DNA from: Alphaproteobacteria bacterium
Lineage (GTDB): Bacteria; Pseudomonadota; Alphaproteobacteria; Caedimonadales; UBA9215
Direction: 5' to 3'
Assembly (NCBI GenBank): GCA_024280495.1
Contig: JAJRPZ010000052.1
Coordinates: 1 to 39,671, forward strand
Length of the DNA stretch: 39,671 bases
The notes under the pieces were generated by a model. It ran no database searches. It saw nothing but the letters and a program-made list of their open reading frames with translations, and was not told the DNA's origin. Below, piece after piece: positions 1 to 8,373 of the stretch. Made by a program: the position numbers and the translations under genes. How positions within the stretch are numbered: position 1 is the stretch's first letter; the number at the start of each line of letters is the position of its first letter.

Positions 1-84
1 CACCCCTGTGACCTTAAAATCGCTGCAAACCTGTCCTAAAACTAGGACCACCTTATCTCCCTGCGTTTGTGTTAATATATTCAT
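1..84 (-). CDS. Possible 5' part of a CDS running off the window (MNILTQTQGDKVVLVLGQVCSDFKVTGV...), product unknown
   Basis: ATG at 84 on the minus strand, open for 28 codons to the window edge; same orientation as the upstream gene. Confidence 0.35.
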   Translation of the reverse strand, partial: MNILTQTQGDKVVLVLGQVCSDFKVTGV

Positions 85-217
85 TAAGCTATTATTATCT
101 AGAGTCATATGTTTTTCCTTTCAGAATTAATATGACTCACCTTCTCGATTCACATCAAGATTTTTACACCACGGTTCCAGACGTATACACGCCTCTTGTA
201 GACAAAAAACTAATTAC

Positions 218-1147
218 CTATAAAAAAACCTTGATTTTATCGGTTAATCCTTTTTCCGCAGCCATCTTTTCATTGATATAAAGCCTTGAGTTATTCATTA
301 AATGCGGCGGTGGAAGTGGTGTCCCTTTTTCTTTTTTAAGGATTTTGATGGCAAGTTCTCCAACGGTTTTGCCAATTTGATATTGATCAAAGGCAAAGGC
401 GGCGAAGGCTCCACGTCGGACAGATTCGGGATCACTGACATATACCAGTTTGTTTTTTGCATTGGCGATTTTTAAAATACTTTCAATGGCGGAAATGACA
501 AGATTATCATTGGGTAAAAAGAAACAATCAACTTTTTCAATAATACTGTTGGTTGCCAGTTGAATATCAGATGATTTTGCAACGGGGACTTCGACAATTT
601 CGATGTTTTTTTTATCTGCTTCTTTGCGCAACATGGCTATTTGAAATTCAGAATTTGATTCTCCTGCGTTGTAAATAACACCAATTTTTTTTACTTGAGG
701 ATTTATATGTTTAATGAGACGCAAAGTATCACTTATGGGAGGTTGATCCACAACGCCAGTTAATTTTTCTGTTGGCAATTCTAGGGATTTTAGGAGATTT
801 GCTCCGATAGGATCGGTGACCGCCGCAAATACAATTGGCGTTGGAGAGCCCCTAAAATTTTTTACTATAGTTTGGGCAGAAGGTGTCGTTATGGGGACTA
901 CTATATCAGGTTGAAGACTTGCAAATTTTTGGGCGATTTGAGCCGCGATTGTGATGTTACCCTGAGCCGTATTAATAATGAACCTTGTATCAGGATATTC
1001 TTGTTTTAAGGTATCAACGATTCCTTCTTCAATGAGATTCAACGAAGGATGGGACATGATCTTGGTGATAGCAATGGTCAGGTTGTTTGCATGAATAATT
1101 GTTGTGGAAAAAATGAGAATGAAAAAAATTTTTTTAAAAAAAGACAT
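218..1147 (-). CDS. ABC transporter substrate-binding protein (TrpX-like / ABC_sub_bind family)
   Basis: Signal peptide; motifs HPSL, AQGN, TTPSAQ, PIVFAAVTDP, IGVIYNAGESNS, PNDN. Confidence 0.85.
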   Translation of the reverse strand: MSFFKKIFFILIFSTTIIHANNLTIAITKIMSHPSLNLIEEGIVDTLKQEYPDTRFIINTAQGNITIAAQIAQKFASLQPDIVVPITTPSAQTIVKNFRGSPTPIVFAAVTDPIGANLLKSLELPTEKLTGVVDQPPISDTLRLIKHINPQVKKIGVIYNAGESNSEFQIAMLRKEADKKNIEIVEVPVAKSSDIQLATNSIIEKVDCFFLPNDNLVISAIESILKIANAKNKLVYVSDPESVRRGAFAAFAFDQYQIGKTVGELAIKILKKEKGTPLPPPHLMNNSRLYINEKMAAEKGLTDKIKVFL

Positions 1148-1162
1148 AAGGAAATTCCTTGT

Positions 1163-2056
1163 TTAAGTCACGTCAATATGGGGGGCATTGCGTTCTATAT
1201 TTTCGCGATAAATAATATAAAGGCTGCTTAAAATAACTATAATACCGCCACTAATAAGGTGAATGGTGAGGGATTCTCCAAAAAAGAGAATGCCAAAAAG
1301 TCCTCCCCAAATCATGGACGTATAAATCATAGGGGCCACTGCAACGGCAGGAGCAATGCTATAGGCTCTTGTTAAAAAGATCTGACCAACGCCCCCACTA
1401 ACGCCAATAAAAATCAAAATAAGAGCATCTTTCATGGAAACAGGCATAATAAACTCACCTAGCATAAAAGGGAGGGCCGTTAGGGCTGCAAAACTTGCCA
1501 TATAAAATACTGTTGTGCTGACTTTATTGTGAGCCGTTGAAAGACGCAAAAGGATCATAATAACCGCATCAATGAAGGCAAAACCAATGGCGAGAAGGCT
1601 TCCCACCTGGATATTTGTATCGGGGCTTGCCATTAATAGAATACCTGAAAAGCCAACCAGTACCGCTGTCCATCGTCGCCAACCTACTTTTTCCTTTAAG
1701 AAAGGGACGGATAAGGCCGTTAAAAATAAAATGGAAGAATAAGCAAGGGCCGTGACATCGGCTAAGCGCCCAATTTGAAATGCTTTGAATAGAATAAAGA
1801 CACCAACGGCACCAATTACGCCTGTAATGGCAAGAAGGTGCAGCTTTTTCGGTTTGAGAGCAGGTATTCCCCCATCTTTTTTAAGGAGGTAGATAATGGG
1901 GATAAGGACAAAAAAGAAACGACAAAAAACAATCTGCCAGATGCCGTAGGTGTCGGCTATCTCTTTTACAAAGACGTTACTAATGGCAAAAAGGAACATG
2001 GCGAGAAGCATGCTAAGAATACCGCCTTTAATGTTTTGAGTGCGTGTTAGGGACAT
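1163..2056 (-). CDS. DMT superfamily (EamA) transporter
   Basis: About 10 hydrophobic segments; FLKEKVGWRRWTAVLVGFSG; APAVAVAPMIY; FFGE. Confidence 0.9.
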   Translation of the reverse strand: MSLTRTQNIKGGILSMLLAMFLFAISNVFVKEIADTYGIWQIVFCRFFFVLIPIIYLLKKDGGIPALKPKKLHLLAITGVIGAVGVFILFKAFQIGRLADVTALAYSSILFLTALSVPFLKEKVGWRRWTAVLVGFSGILLMASPDTNIQVGSLLAIGFAFIDAVIMILLRLSTAHNKVSTTVFYMASFAALTALPFMLGEFIMPVSMKDALILIFIGVSGGVGQIFLTRAYSIAPAVAVAPMIYTSMIWGGLFGILFFGESLTIHLISGGIIVILSSLYIIYRENIERNAPHIDVT

Positions 2057-2085
2057 TTTTTTTCTTTCTTATTTATCAAGTGTTT

Positions 2086-3378
2086 TTAGCGTTTTTGAGA
2101 CCAGGAAGATTGAAGAGCGCTGCCAGGTGTTTTGACAAGGCGTTCATTAAATCCAGTGATATCGATACTATAAAGTTGAGGTGATCCTTTTCGGTCATCA
2201 CGTGTGTATAAAATCACACGGCCATTGGGTGCCCAAGATGGGCCCTCAACTAAGAATCCTTTGGTTATGAGACGTTCACCTGAGCCATCTGTTCTCATGA
2301 TTCCAATATAAAATTCACCTCTCCAAATTTTTGTAAAGGCAATAAGGTCCCCACGGGGAGACCAGACAGGTGTGCGATAACCTCCACTGCCAAAACTGAT
2401 GCGCCTTGCACTGCCGCCTTTTGCTGGCATCACATAAAGTTGTGTTCTTCCTGATCTGTCAGAGGTGAAAACAATTTGTTCATCATCGGGAGAGTAACAG
2501 GGAGACGTGTCGATAACTGGATTGAAAGTTAGTCGTTTTATTTTGAGAGTTTTAAGGTTGATTTCGAATAAAGAGGTGTTGCCATTATGGGCAAAACTCA
2601 TAACCATCTTGTTTCCATCATGTGAAAAACGTGGCGCAAATGTCATGCCAGAAAAACTTCCCACAAGTCTGGTTTTCTTTGTGTCGCGATTATAAATATA
2701 AACGCGAGGTTTATTATTGGTGAAATTTAAAAATGCTAAATACCTAAGATCAGGAGAAAAACGAGGGCTCATAACGAGGTTTTTACCGTCCGTTAAATAC
2801 GCGTGATTTTCCCCATCTTGATCCATAATCGCAAGACGTTCTGTTCGTTTGTTTCCTTTTTCCGTGCGGGCAACATAGGCAATTTGTGTGTCAAAATATC
2901 CTGGGTCTCCAATAAGGCGTTGATAAATGGCATCAGAAATTTTGTGGGCCATACGGCGCCAATCTTCAACCTTACCCGTATAAGCCTTGCCTTCGATTTG
3001 TTGTTCACGGACGGTGTCAATAACACGAAGTTCAATGCGAAATTCCCCGTTATTTTTCGATAGAGATACGGAAACAAGGTTATCTGCTTTGATGAGGCGC
3101 CATTCATTGTAACGCACGGCTTTTTGGATGTCTTGAATGTTCTGAATATGGGCTGATTTAGGAATGATATTAAAAAGCCCCGAGCTTTTAAGGTCTGCTA
3201 GAATAACGTCTCTCATGTTTATGGAAATTTGGGCGCTATGATCAGAGTCTGCAACGAAATCAGGAATGGCAAGAGGGATAGGGTTTAAATGGCCCCGTGT
3301 GATTTTTATGTCAAGTGCAGCCCGAAGTGGGGAGAAAGTAATGAAAATTGCTAGAAAAAAGAGAGGAATAGCACGCAT
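2086..3378 (-). CDS. tolB: Tol-Pal system beta-propeller protein TolB
   Basis: Signal peptide; DLKSSGLF, AHKISDAIY, GYFDTQIAYV, LAIMDQDG, PD40 repeats (SPRFSPD, APRFSHDG, FTSDRSG, PVWSPRGD). Confidence 0.96.
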   Translation of the reverse strand: MRAIPLFFLAIFITFSPLRAALDIKITRGHLNPIPLAIPDFVADSDHSAQISINMRDVILADLKSSGLFNIIPKSAHIQNIQDIQKAVRYNEWRLIKADNLVSVSLSKNNGEFRIELRVIDTVREQQIEGKAYTGKVEDWRRMAHKISDAIYQRLIGDPGYFDTQIAYVARTEKGNKRTERLAIMDQDGENHAYLTDGKNLVMSPRFSPDLRYLAFLNFTNNKPRVYIYNRDTKKTRLVGSFSGMTFAPRFSHDGNKMVMSFAHNGNTSLFEINLKTLKIKRLTFNPVIDTSPCYSPDDEQIVFTSDRSGRTQLYVMPAKGGSARRISFGSGGYRTPVWSPRGDLIAFTKIWRGEFYIGIMRTDGSGERLITKGFLVEGPSWAPNGRVILYTRDDRKGSPQLYSIDITGFNERLVKTPGSALQSSWSQKR

Positions 3379-3435
3379 TTAAAAATAACTTACCTTAGGG
3401 ACATGTCCGTCAAATATAGCATGGTTTTAAAATGC

Positions 3436-4623
3436 TCATAAGGGAAAAAGTCCAGGGGTGAAGGGTTTAAAATAACTCTCAAAGTCGAGATCAAAAACAT
3501 CTTCAATCTTTTTGTGCTGCCAGTTGGGGGTATTATCTTTGTCGATGATAATAGAACGGATTCCCTCAAAGAAATCGGGTGTTTTTAAAAAGGTTTGAGA
3601 TAGGGAGAATTCCAATGCCATAACCTCATTAATATCCTTTGGGTGACGTCCTTTTTGCAATTGATAAAAAGTTATTAAGAGGCTGAAAGGCGATCTTTTT
3701 TGAAAGATATCTAAGGTTTCTTTTGCAAATAAATAATGAGGATCATCGAGGTCATTTTTTGCAGCTTTTAGTTTATTTATGAGGTCTTTAAAAGTTTCCG
3801 CACAAAAAAAATGGTCGATGGGCTTTTGTTTTTTCTCAAGGGACGAGTGCCCCTTCAGGAGAGCCGTCTGTTGTGTGAAATTTTCAATTATTTGATCAAT
3901 TTCATGGGAACGATTCACGGGGTTATCTGTTCTTAATTTTAAAATTTCAGCCAAGGCTAAGTCCTGATTGTGGCGGGACATATAGTGCGTTGCAAAACCT
4001 GCATAAAGGCTATCATTGATATCGCATATATTGCCAGTCATACCGAGGTAAAGACCTATATTTCCTGGGCATTTTTGAAGGAATGCAGTGGCGCCAGCAT
4101 CTGGGAAAAAACCGATTTTTGTTTCTGGCATAGCTGCAATAGTATTGTTCCCCATCAGTCGATAACTGCCATTTTGAGTAATACCCATGCCGCCGCCCAT
4201 GACGATGCCATCAATAAATGAAAGATAAGGCTTTGGATAAGAGGCAATGAGGGCGTCTAATTGATATTCTTCCCGAAAAAGAAATTCCAATAAAGAGTGT
4301 TTATTATGGCTCCAAGATTCATAAAGGGCCTTGATATCTCCGCCAGCGCAAAAAGAACGATCATTGCTGGAGAGAAGGACAACGGCATGAATTTTGGTGT
4401 CATTTTTCCATAAATTCAATTGATGTCGCAAGGTATACATCATGTAGGGGCTCAAGGCATTTAGGGCTTTAGGGCGATTTAGTTCAAGGGACCCTATATG
4501 GTTTTTGACGGATATATTGATAAAATGTTTATCGTCAGACCTCTTTTCATATGACTTCATTTCTTCAAGGTAATTTTGAATGGAAAAATGTTCATTTCTT
4601 TGTGACCGTACGGTACCTATCAT
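3436..4623 (-). CDS. 3-hydroxyisobutyryl-CoA hydrolase-like protein (enoyl-CoA hydratase/isomerase family)
   Basis: LNRPKALNAL, FCAGGDI, DGIVMGGGMG, MPETKIGFFPD, DFFEGIRSIIIDKDNTPNW. Confidence 0.9.
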   Translation of the reverse strand: MIGTVRSQRNEHFSIQNYLEEMKSYEKRSDDKHFINISVKNHIGSLELNRPKALNALSPYMMYTLRHQLNLWKNDTKIHAVVLLSSNDRSFCAGGDIKALYESWSHNKHSLLEFLFREEYQLDALIASYPKPYLSFIDGIVMGGGMGITQNGSYRLMGNNTIAAMPETKIGFFPDAGATAFLQKCPGNIGLYLGMTGNICDINDSLYAGFATHYMSRHNQDLALAEILKLRTDNPVNRSHEIDQIIENFTQQTALLKGHSSLEKKQKPIDHFFCAETFKDLINKLKAAKNDLDDPHYLFAKETLDIFQKRSPFSLLITFYQLQKGRHPKDINEVMALEFSLSQTFLKTPDFFEGIRSIIIDKDNTPNWQHKKIEDVFDLDFESYFKPFTPGLFPL

Positions 4624-4642
4624 AGTGTGTTCCCTTTGTTAT

Positions 4643-4694
4643 ATAGTCATTCCAAAAAGGTTCCAGACGTCGTCAATCATTCCCTCGCCTATAA
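4643..4694 (+). repeat. Dispersed intergenic repeat arm, family B (ATAGTCATTCCAAAAAGGTTCCAGACGTCGTCAATCA...CCTATAA)
   Basis: Aligns with 13581-13632 and with the reverse complement of about 26528-26580. Confidence 0.7.
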
Positions 4695-4700
4695 ATGGAG

Positions 4701-5666
4701 TTATTTTCCCCCAGGAGCATGGGCATTTAATACCGCAAGATAACGCTCTGCATCAAGGGCAGCCATACAGCCAAAACCAGCTGCCACAATGGCTTGACGG
4801 TAAGTTTTATCCTGAACATCCCCTGCTGCGAAAACACCAGGGATATTTGTATTTGCCGTGCCAGGGGCGCAAATAATATAGCCATCATTATCCATATCAA
4901 GTTGGCTTTTGAATATTTTGGTTGCAGGATCATGACCGATGGCAATGAAAACACCCGTTGTATCAAGTTCTGTAATATCGCCTGTTTTAACGTTTTTAGC
5001 TTTTAAGCCAGTGACGGACTTTGGTTGATCGGTACCTAAAACTTCTTCCAAAGTATGATTCCAAAGGACTTCAATTTTAGGATGGGCCAGCAAGCGATCT
5101 TGCATGACTTTTTCAGCACGTAAAGAATCGCGCCTATGGATAAGGGTTACCTTTGAGGCAAAATTTGTGAGGTAAATGGCTTCTTCGACGGCTGTATCTC
5201 CACCACCAATGACGGCAACATGTTGATTTTTGAAAAAGAATCCATCACATGTGGCACAACCAGAAACACCAAAGCCTTGAAATTTGGTTTCGCTTTCAAT
5301 GCCGAGCCATCTAGCTTGGGCCCCCGTTGAAATAATGACGGCATCGGCAGTATAAGTATCCCCCATATCAGTTCTAAGAATAAAGGGACGAACAGAAAAG
5401 TCCACAAATTCGATAAAATCTGAAATAAGGTTTGCTCCAACATTTTTTGCTTGGCTTTGAAATTGCTCCATGAGCCAAGGGCCTTGAATCACATCGGCGA
5501 AACCTGGATAATTTTCAACATCTGTTGTTATGGTGAGTTGTCCGCCAGGCTGATGACCTAAGAATAGAGAGGGTTTTAGGTTCGCCCGTGCTGTGTAAAT
5601 GGCGGCTGAGTAACCAGCGGGTCCTGAACCAATAATTGCAACGGGAAGGTGTTTTGTTTGAGTCAT
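4701..5666 (-). CDS. trxB: Thioredoxin-disulfide reductase
   Basis: IIGSGPAGYSAAIY, GGQLTITTDVENYPGF, CATCDG, GGGDTAVEEA, GVFAAGDV. Start placed at ATG 5666 because of an AAGGAG SD upstream; the ORF extends to 5771. Confidence 0.97.
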   Translation of the reverse strand: MTQTKHLPVAIIGSGPAGYSAAIYTARANLKPSLFLGHQPGGQLTITTDVENYPGFADVIQGPWLMEQFQSQAKNVGANLISDFIEFVDFSVRPFILRTDMGDTYTADAVIISTGAQARWLGIESETKFQGFGVSGCATCDGFFFKNQHVAVIGGGDTAVEEAIYLTNFASKVTLIHRRDSLRAEKVMQDRLLAHPKIEVLWNHTLEEVLGTDQPKSVTGLKAKNVKTGDITELDTTGVFIAIGHDPATKIFKSQLDMDNDGYIICAPGTANTNIPGVFAAGDVQDKTYRQAIVAAGFGCMAALDAERYLAVLNAHAPGGK

Positions 5667-5758
5667 GGCTTGCGCTCCTTTGTCAGCGTAAATAAATGAA
5701 GGGGTAAAGAGACTAAGTGTACAATAGAATAAAAAAATCCTTTGGAATAGGGGGGGGC

Positions 5759-6382
5759 TTAGGAAAACCATGCTTGTATCCTATTGTAAAAAAGGGTGTA
5801 AAAGGCAGTGTTTTTTTTTGGTTTCTGAAAAGGCGTTTCCAATATGCGCTTAATAAGCTTGGTCATTTCAGCTCCTTGCCAGTTTGCAGGTCCTTCAATG
5901 CGGCCAATGAGTTTACCGTTTCTATTGAAAAAAAGGGTGGTAGGGAGGCCCTTGATCGGTGGGCGCTTTGAGCTGGCACGGTGATAAGGTTTGAGGTGGG
6001 TGTAACGTTGGTTGTTGAAATAATTACGCAAGACACCAGGTCTTGGATCATTAAGGGATAGGGAAATAATCTGGATAGGGTTGTTTTTATGTTTTTTAGC
6101 TAATAATTCTAAAGATTTTAGTTCTTTGATACAGCTGCGACAAGAGGTTGCCCAGAGGTGTAGAATTGTAATTTTTTCATTTGAAATAATATCTTGAAAA
6201 GATATTTTTCTGGGGGATTTTATCCAGGGTTGATCCTCTTGAAAGGTGAAATTGCGTATTTCTTCTTGGGCAATAATTGTATATTTTTGTGGGAGGGCAA
6301 GGGCGTTATTGGGGAGGGCAGTATACCAAAAGAAAAAAAACAATGGAAATGCGCGATGTATCTGTCTCATAGGTATGTTCAA
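5759..6382 (-). CDS. tlpA: TlpA/ResA-family thiol-disulfide oxidoreductase
   Basis: N-terminal hydrophobic segment; LHLWATSCRSCIKE (CxxC); GLPTTLFFNRNGKLIGRIEGPANW. Confidence 0.8.
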   Translation of the reverse strand: MNIPMRQIHRAFPLFFFFWYTALPNNALALPQKYTIIAQEEIRNFTFQEDQPWIKSPRKISFQDIISNEKITILHLWATSCRSCIKELKSLELLAKKHKNNPIQIISLSLNDPRPGVLRNYFNNQRYTHLKPYHRASSKRPPIKGLPTTLFFNRNGKLIGRIEGPANWQGAEMTKLIKRILETPFQKPKKNTAFYTLFYNRIQAWFS

Positions 6383-6438
6383 AGAATCTACTTTATGCTA
6401 AAAAGAATAGGAGATTAATAAAGTTTAGGCAATCAGTG

Positions 6439-6579
6439 ATGTTCTTTTTTCCGACTTTTTTTCGAAATATTTTTTTGAAAAAATATTTTTTTATGGCCTG
6501 GATAGCACTTGTGCTATCGGGAATGACTTTGAGTCTTCAGGGTTGTGGTAAAAGAGGTAATCCACAAGCTCATTGTTAA
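6439..6579 (+). CDS. Small lipoprotein, LptM/YifL-like (MFFFPTFFRNIFLKKYFFMAWIALVLSGMTLSLQGCGKRGNPQAHC; alternative TTG start at 6475)
   Basis: Not in the ORF track (<60 aa). KK + hydrophobic h-region + lipobox LQG-C followed by CGKRG; divergent from tlpA. Confidence 0.6.
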   Translation: MFFFPTFFRNIFLKKYFFMAWIALVLSGMTLSLQGCGKRGNPQAHC

Positions 6580-6634
6580 ATGAAAGATACCTTGCCATTT
6601 AATGATCAATAATTACAAAAGAAAGTTTTAAAAT

Positions 6635-7260
6635 ATGGCTTTACCTACTATTCATCACCATTTAGGAGATTTACCTGAAGGGATACTATTTCCAAATGGC
6701 GTCGCCATTGATACAGAAGCCATGGGGCTGAATCCTCATCGAGACCGTTTGTGTGTTGTACAGCTTTCTGGTGGTGATAATATGGCTCATGTCGTGCAGG
6801 TTAATTTGGATCATAACTATGATTGTCCTAATTTGAAAAAAATCTTAAACGATAATAACGTTCAAAAAATTTATCATTATGGTCGCTTTGATATTGCCAT
6901 TTTGTACCAATACTTGGGGATCTTAACTACCAATGTTTTTTGTACTAAAATTGCCGCAAAGCTCGTGCGGACTTACACGTCAAGGCATGGTCTTAAGAAT
7001 CTTTGCAGTGAAATGCTCTCTGTCGAACTCTCAAAACAATCTCAAACATCAGATTGGGGAAGTAAAACCCTGACAAAAGAACAGCTGGCCTATGCTGCCA
7101 GTGATGTTTTGTATTTGCATAAGTTAAAAGAACAATTTGATGACGTTTTGATCCGTGAAGGACGTGTGGATTTGGCAAAACGTTGTTTTGATTTTTGCCA
7201 ACGGTGGCTCAATTGGACTTGTTGGGGTATGAAGATTTGTCTCTTTTTAATCATAAATAA
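6635..7260 (+). CDS. rnd: Ribonuclease D-like DEDD 3'-5' exonuclease, with an apparent 1-nt frameshift at T-run 7192-7196
   Basis: AIDTEAMGL, RDRLCVVQLS, HYGRFDI, CTKIAAKL, QTSDWG, YAASDV. Adding one T restores CFDFLPTVAQLDLLGYEDLSLFNHK* ending at 7260. Confidence 0.88.
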
Positions 7261-7262
7261 TA

Positions 7263-8351
7263 ATGAATCAGAAATTGGGTCTAGAAAAAGAGATGGGCTT
7301 GAAAAATAGTACTAACTCCCATGAAATCAACTCTCAAAAAATTTTGAAATTGCCTATGACTAAAAAACAAACAAAAGCTTTCTTAGAAAAAGCACAAAAT
7401 ACACTGTTAATTGAGGCAGGGGCTTTAACGTCCTTAGCTTCTGCTATTATGCTTGATTTATCGGAGCCTTTTGAAAAAGCGGTGGAAGCTTTATATGCAA
7501 CCAAAGGTCGTGTTGTGATTACGGGTATGGGGAAAAGCGGTCATATTGGCAATAAAATTGCGGCGACCCTATCCTCCACTGGAACGCCAAGCTTCTTTGT
7601 ACACCCAGCAGAAGCAAGCCACGGTGACCTTGGTATGATTACGCCACAGGATACGATTATTGCCATGTCTAACTCTGGTGAAACCACCGAACTTTCTGAT
7701 ATTATGGGGTATGCAAAGCGTTATCATATGCCGTTAATTTCTTTCACGTCAAACCCTAACTCTACATTGGCGACTTTGGCTGATATTTCTTTGGTGTTAC
7801 CTAAACACAAAGAAGCCTGTCCCCATGGTCTAGCACCGACGACATCATCCACAATGATGATTGCTTTGGGGGATGCTTTGGCCGTGGCCGTTTTGGAGAA
7901 GCGTGGTTTTTCTGCGGCTGATTTTAGTTTGCTCCACCCAGGTGGTAAGCTTGGTCAGCGTTTAACACCTGTTGAGAAATTAATGCATGGAAAAAAAGAC
8001 CTGCCTTTGTTGTTTCCAGAGGCCTCCATGGCTGAGGCTCTGTTACAAATGACGTCAAAAGGTTTTGGGTGTGTTGGTATTTTGGGTGAGGATCAGGACC
8101 TCATTGGTATCATCACCGACGGTGATTTGCGTCGTCATATGGAAGGGGATCTCATGGGGGCCTCTATCAAGGACGTTATGACACCGACACCGAAACTTAT
8201 CAGGCAGTCTCTTTTGGCTCAGGAGGCTTTGACCATGATGAACGACTTTGGGATTACTTGCTTATTTGTGCGGAAATCAGAAAATGAAATGGATCGTGTC
8301 CCCATAGGAATTTTACATGTTCATGATTGCTTACGTGTGGGATTGACTTAA
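7263..8351 (+). CDS. kdsD: D-arabinose-5-phosphate isomerase (KpsF/GutQ family, SIS + CBS domains)
   Basis: GMGKSGHIG, SSTGTPSFFVHPAEASHGDLG, EACPHGLAPTTS, GDALA, HPGGKLG, TDGDLRR; true start may be a downstream Met. Confidence 0.95.
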   Translation: MNQKLGLEKEMGLKNSTNSHEINSQKILKLPMTKKQTKAFLEKAQNTLLIEAGALTSLASAIMLDLSEPFEKAVEALYATKGRVVITGMGKSGHIGNKIAATLSSTGTPSFFVHPAEASHGDLGMITPQDTIIAMSNSGETTELSDIMGYAKRYHMPLISFTSNPNSTLATLADISLVLPKHKEACPHGLAPTTSSTMMIALGDALAVAVLEKRGFSAADFSLLHPGGKLGQRLTPVEKLMHGKKDLPLLFPEASMAEALLQMTSKGFGCVGILGEDQDLIGIITDGDLRRHMEGDLMGASIKDVMTPTPKLIRQSLLAQEALTMMNDFGITCLFVRKSENEMDRVPIGILHVHDCLRVGLT

Positions 8352-8373
8352 CATTAATATGAAAAAGTAATAT

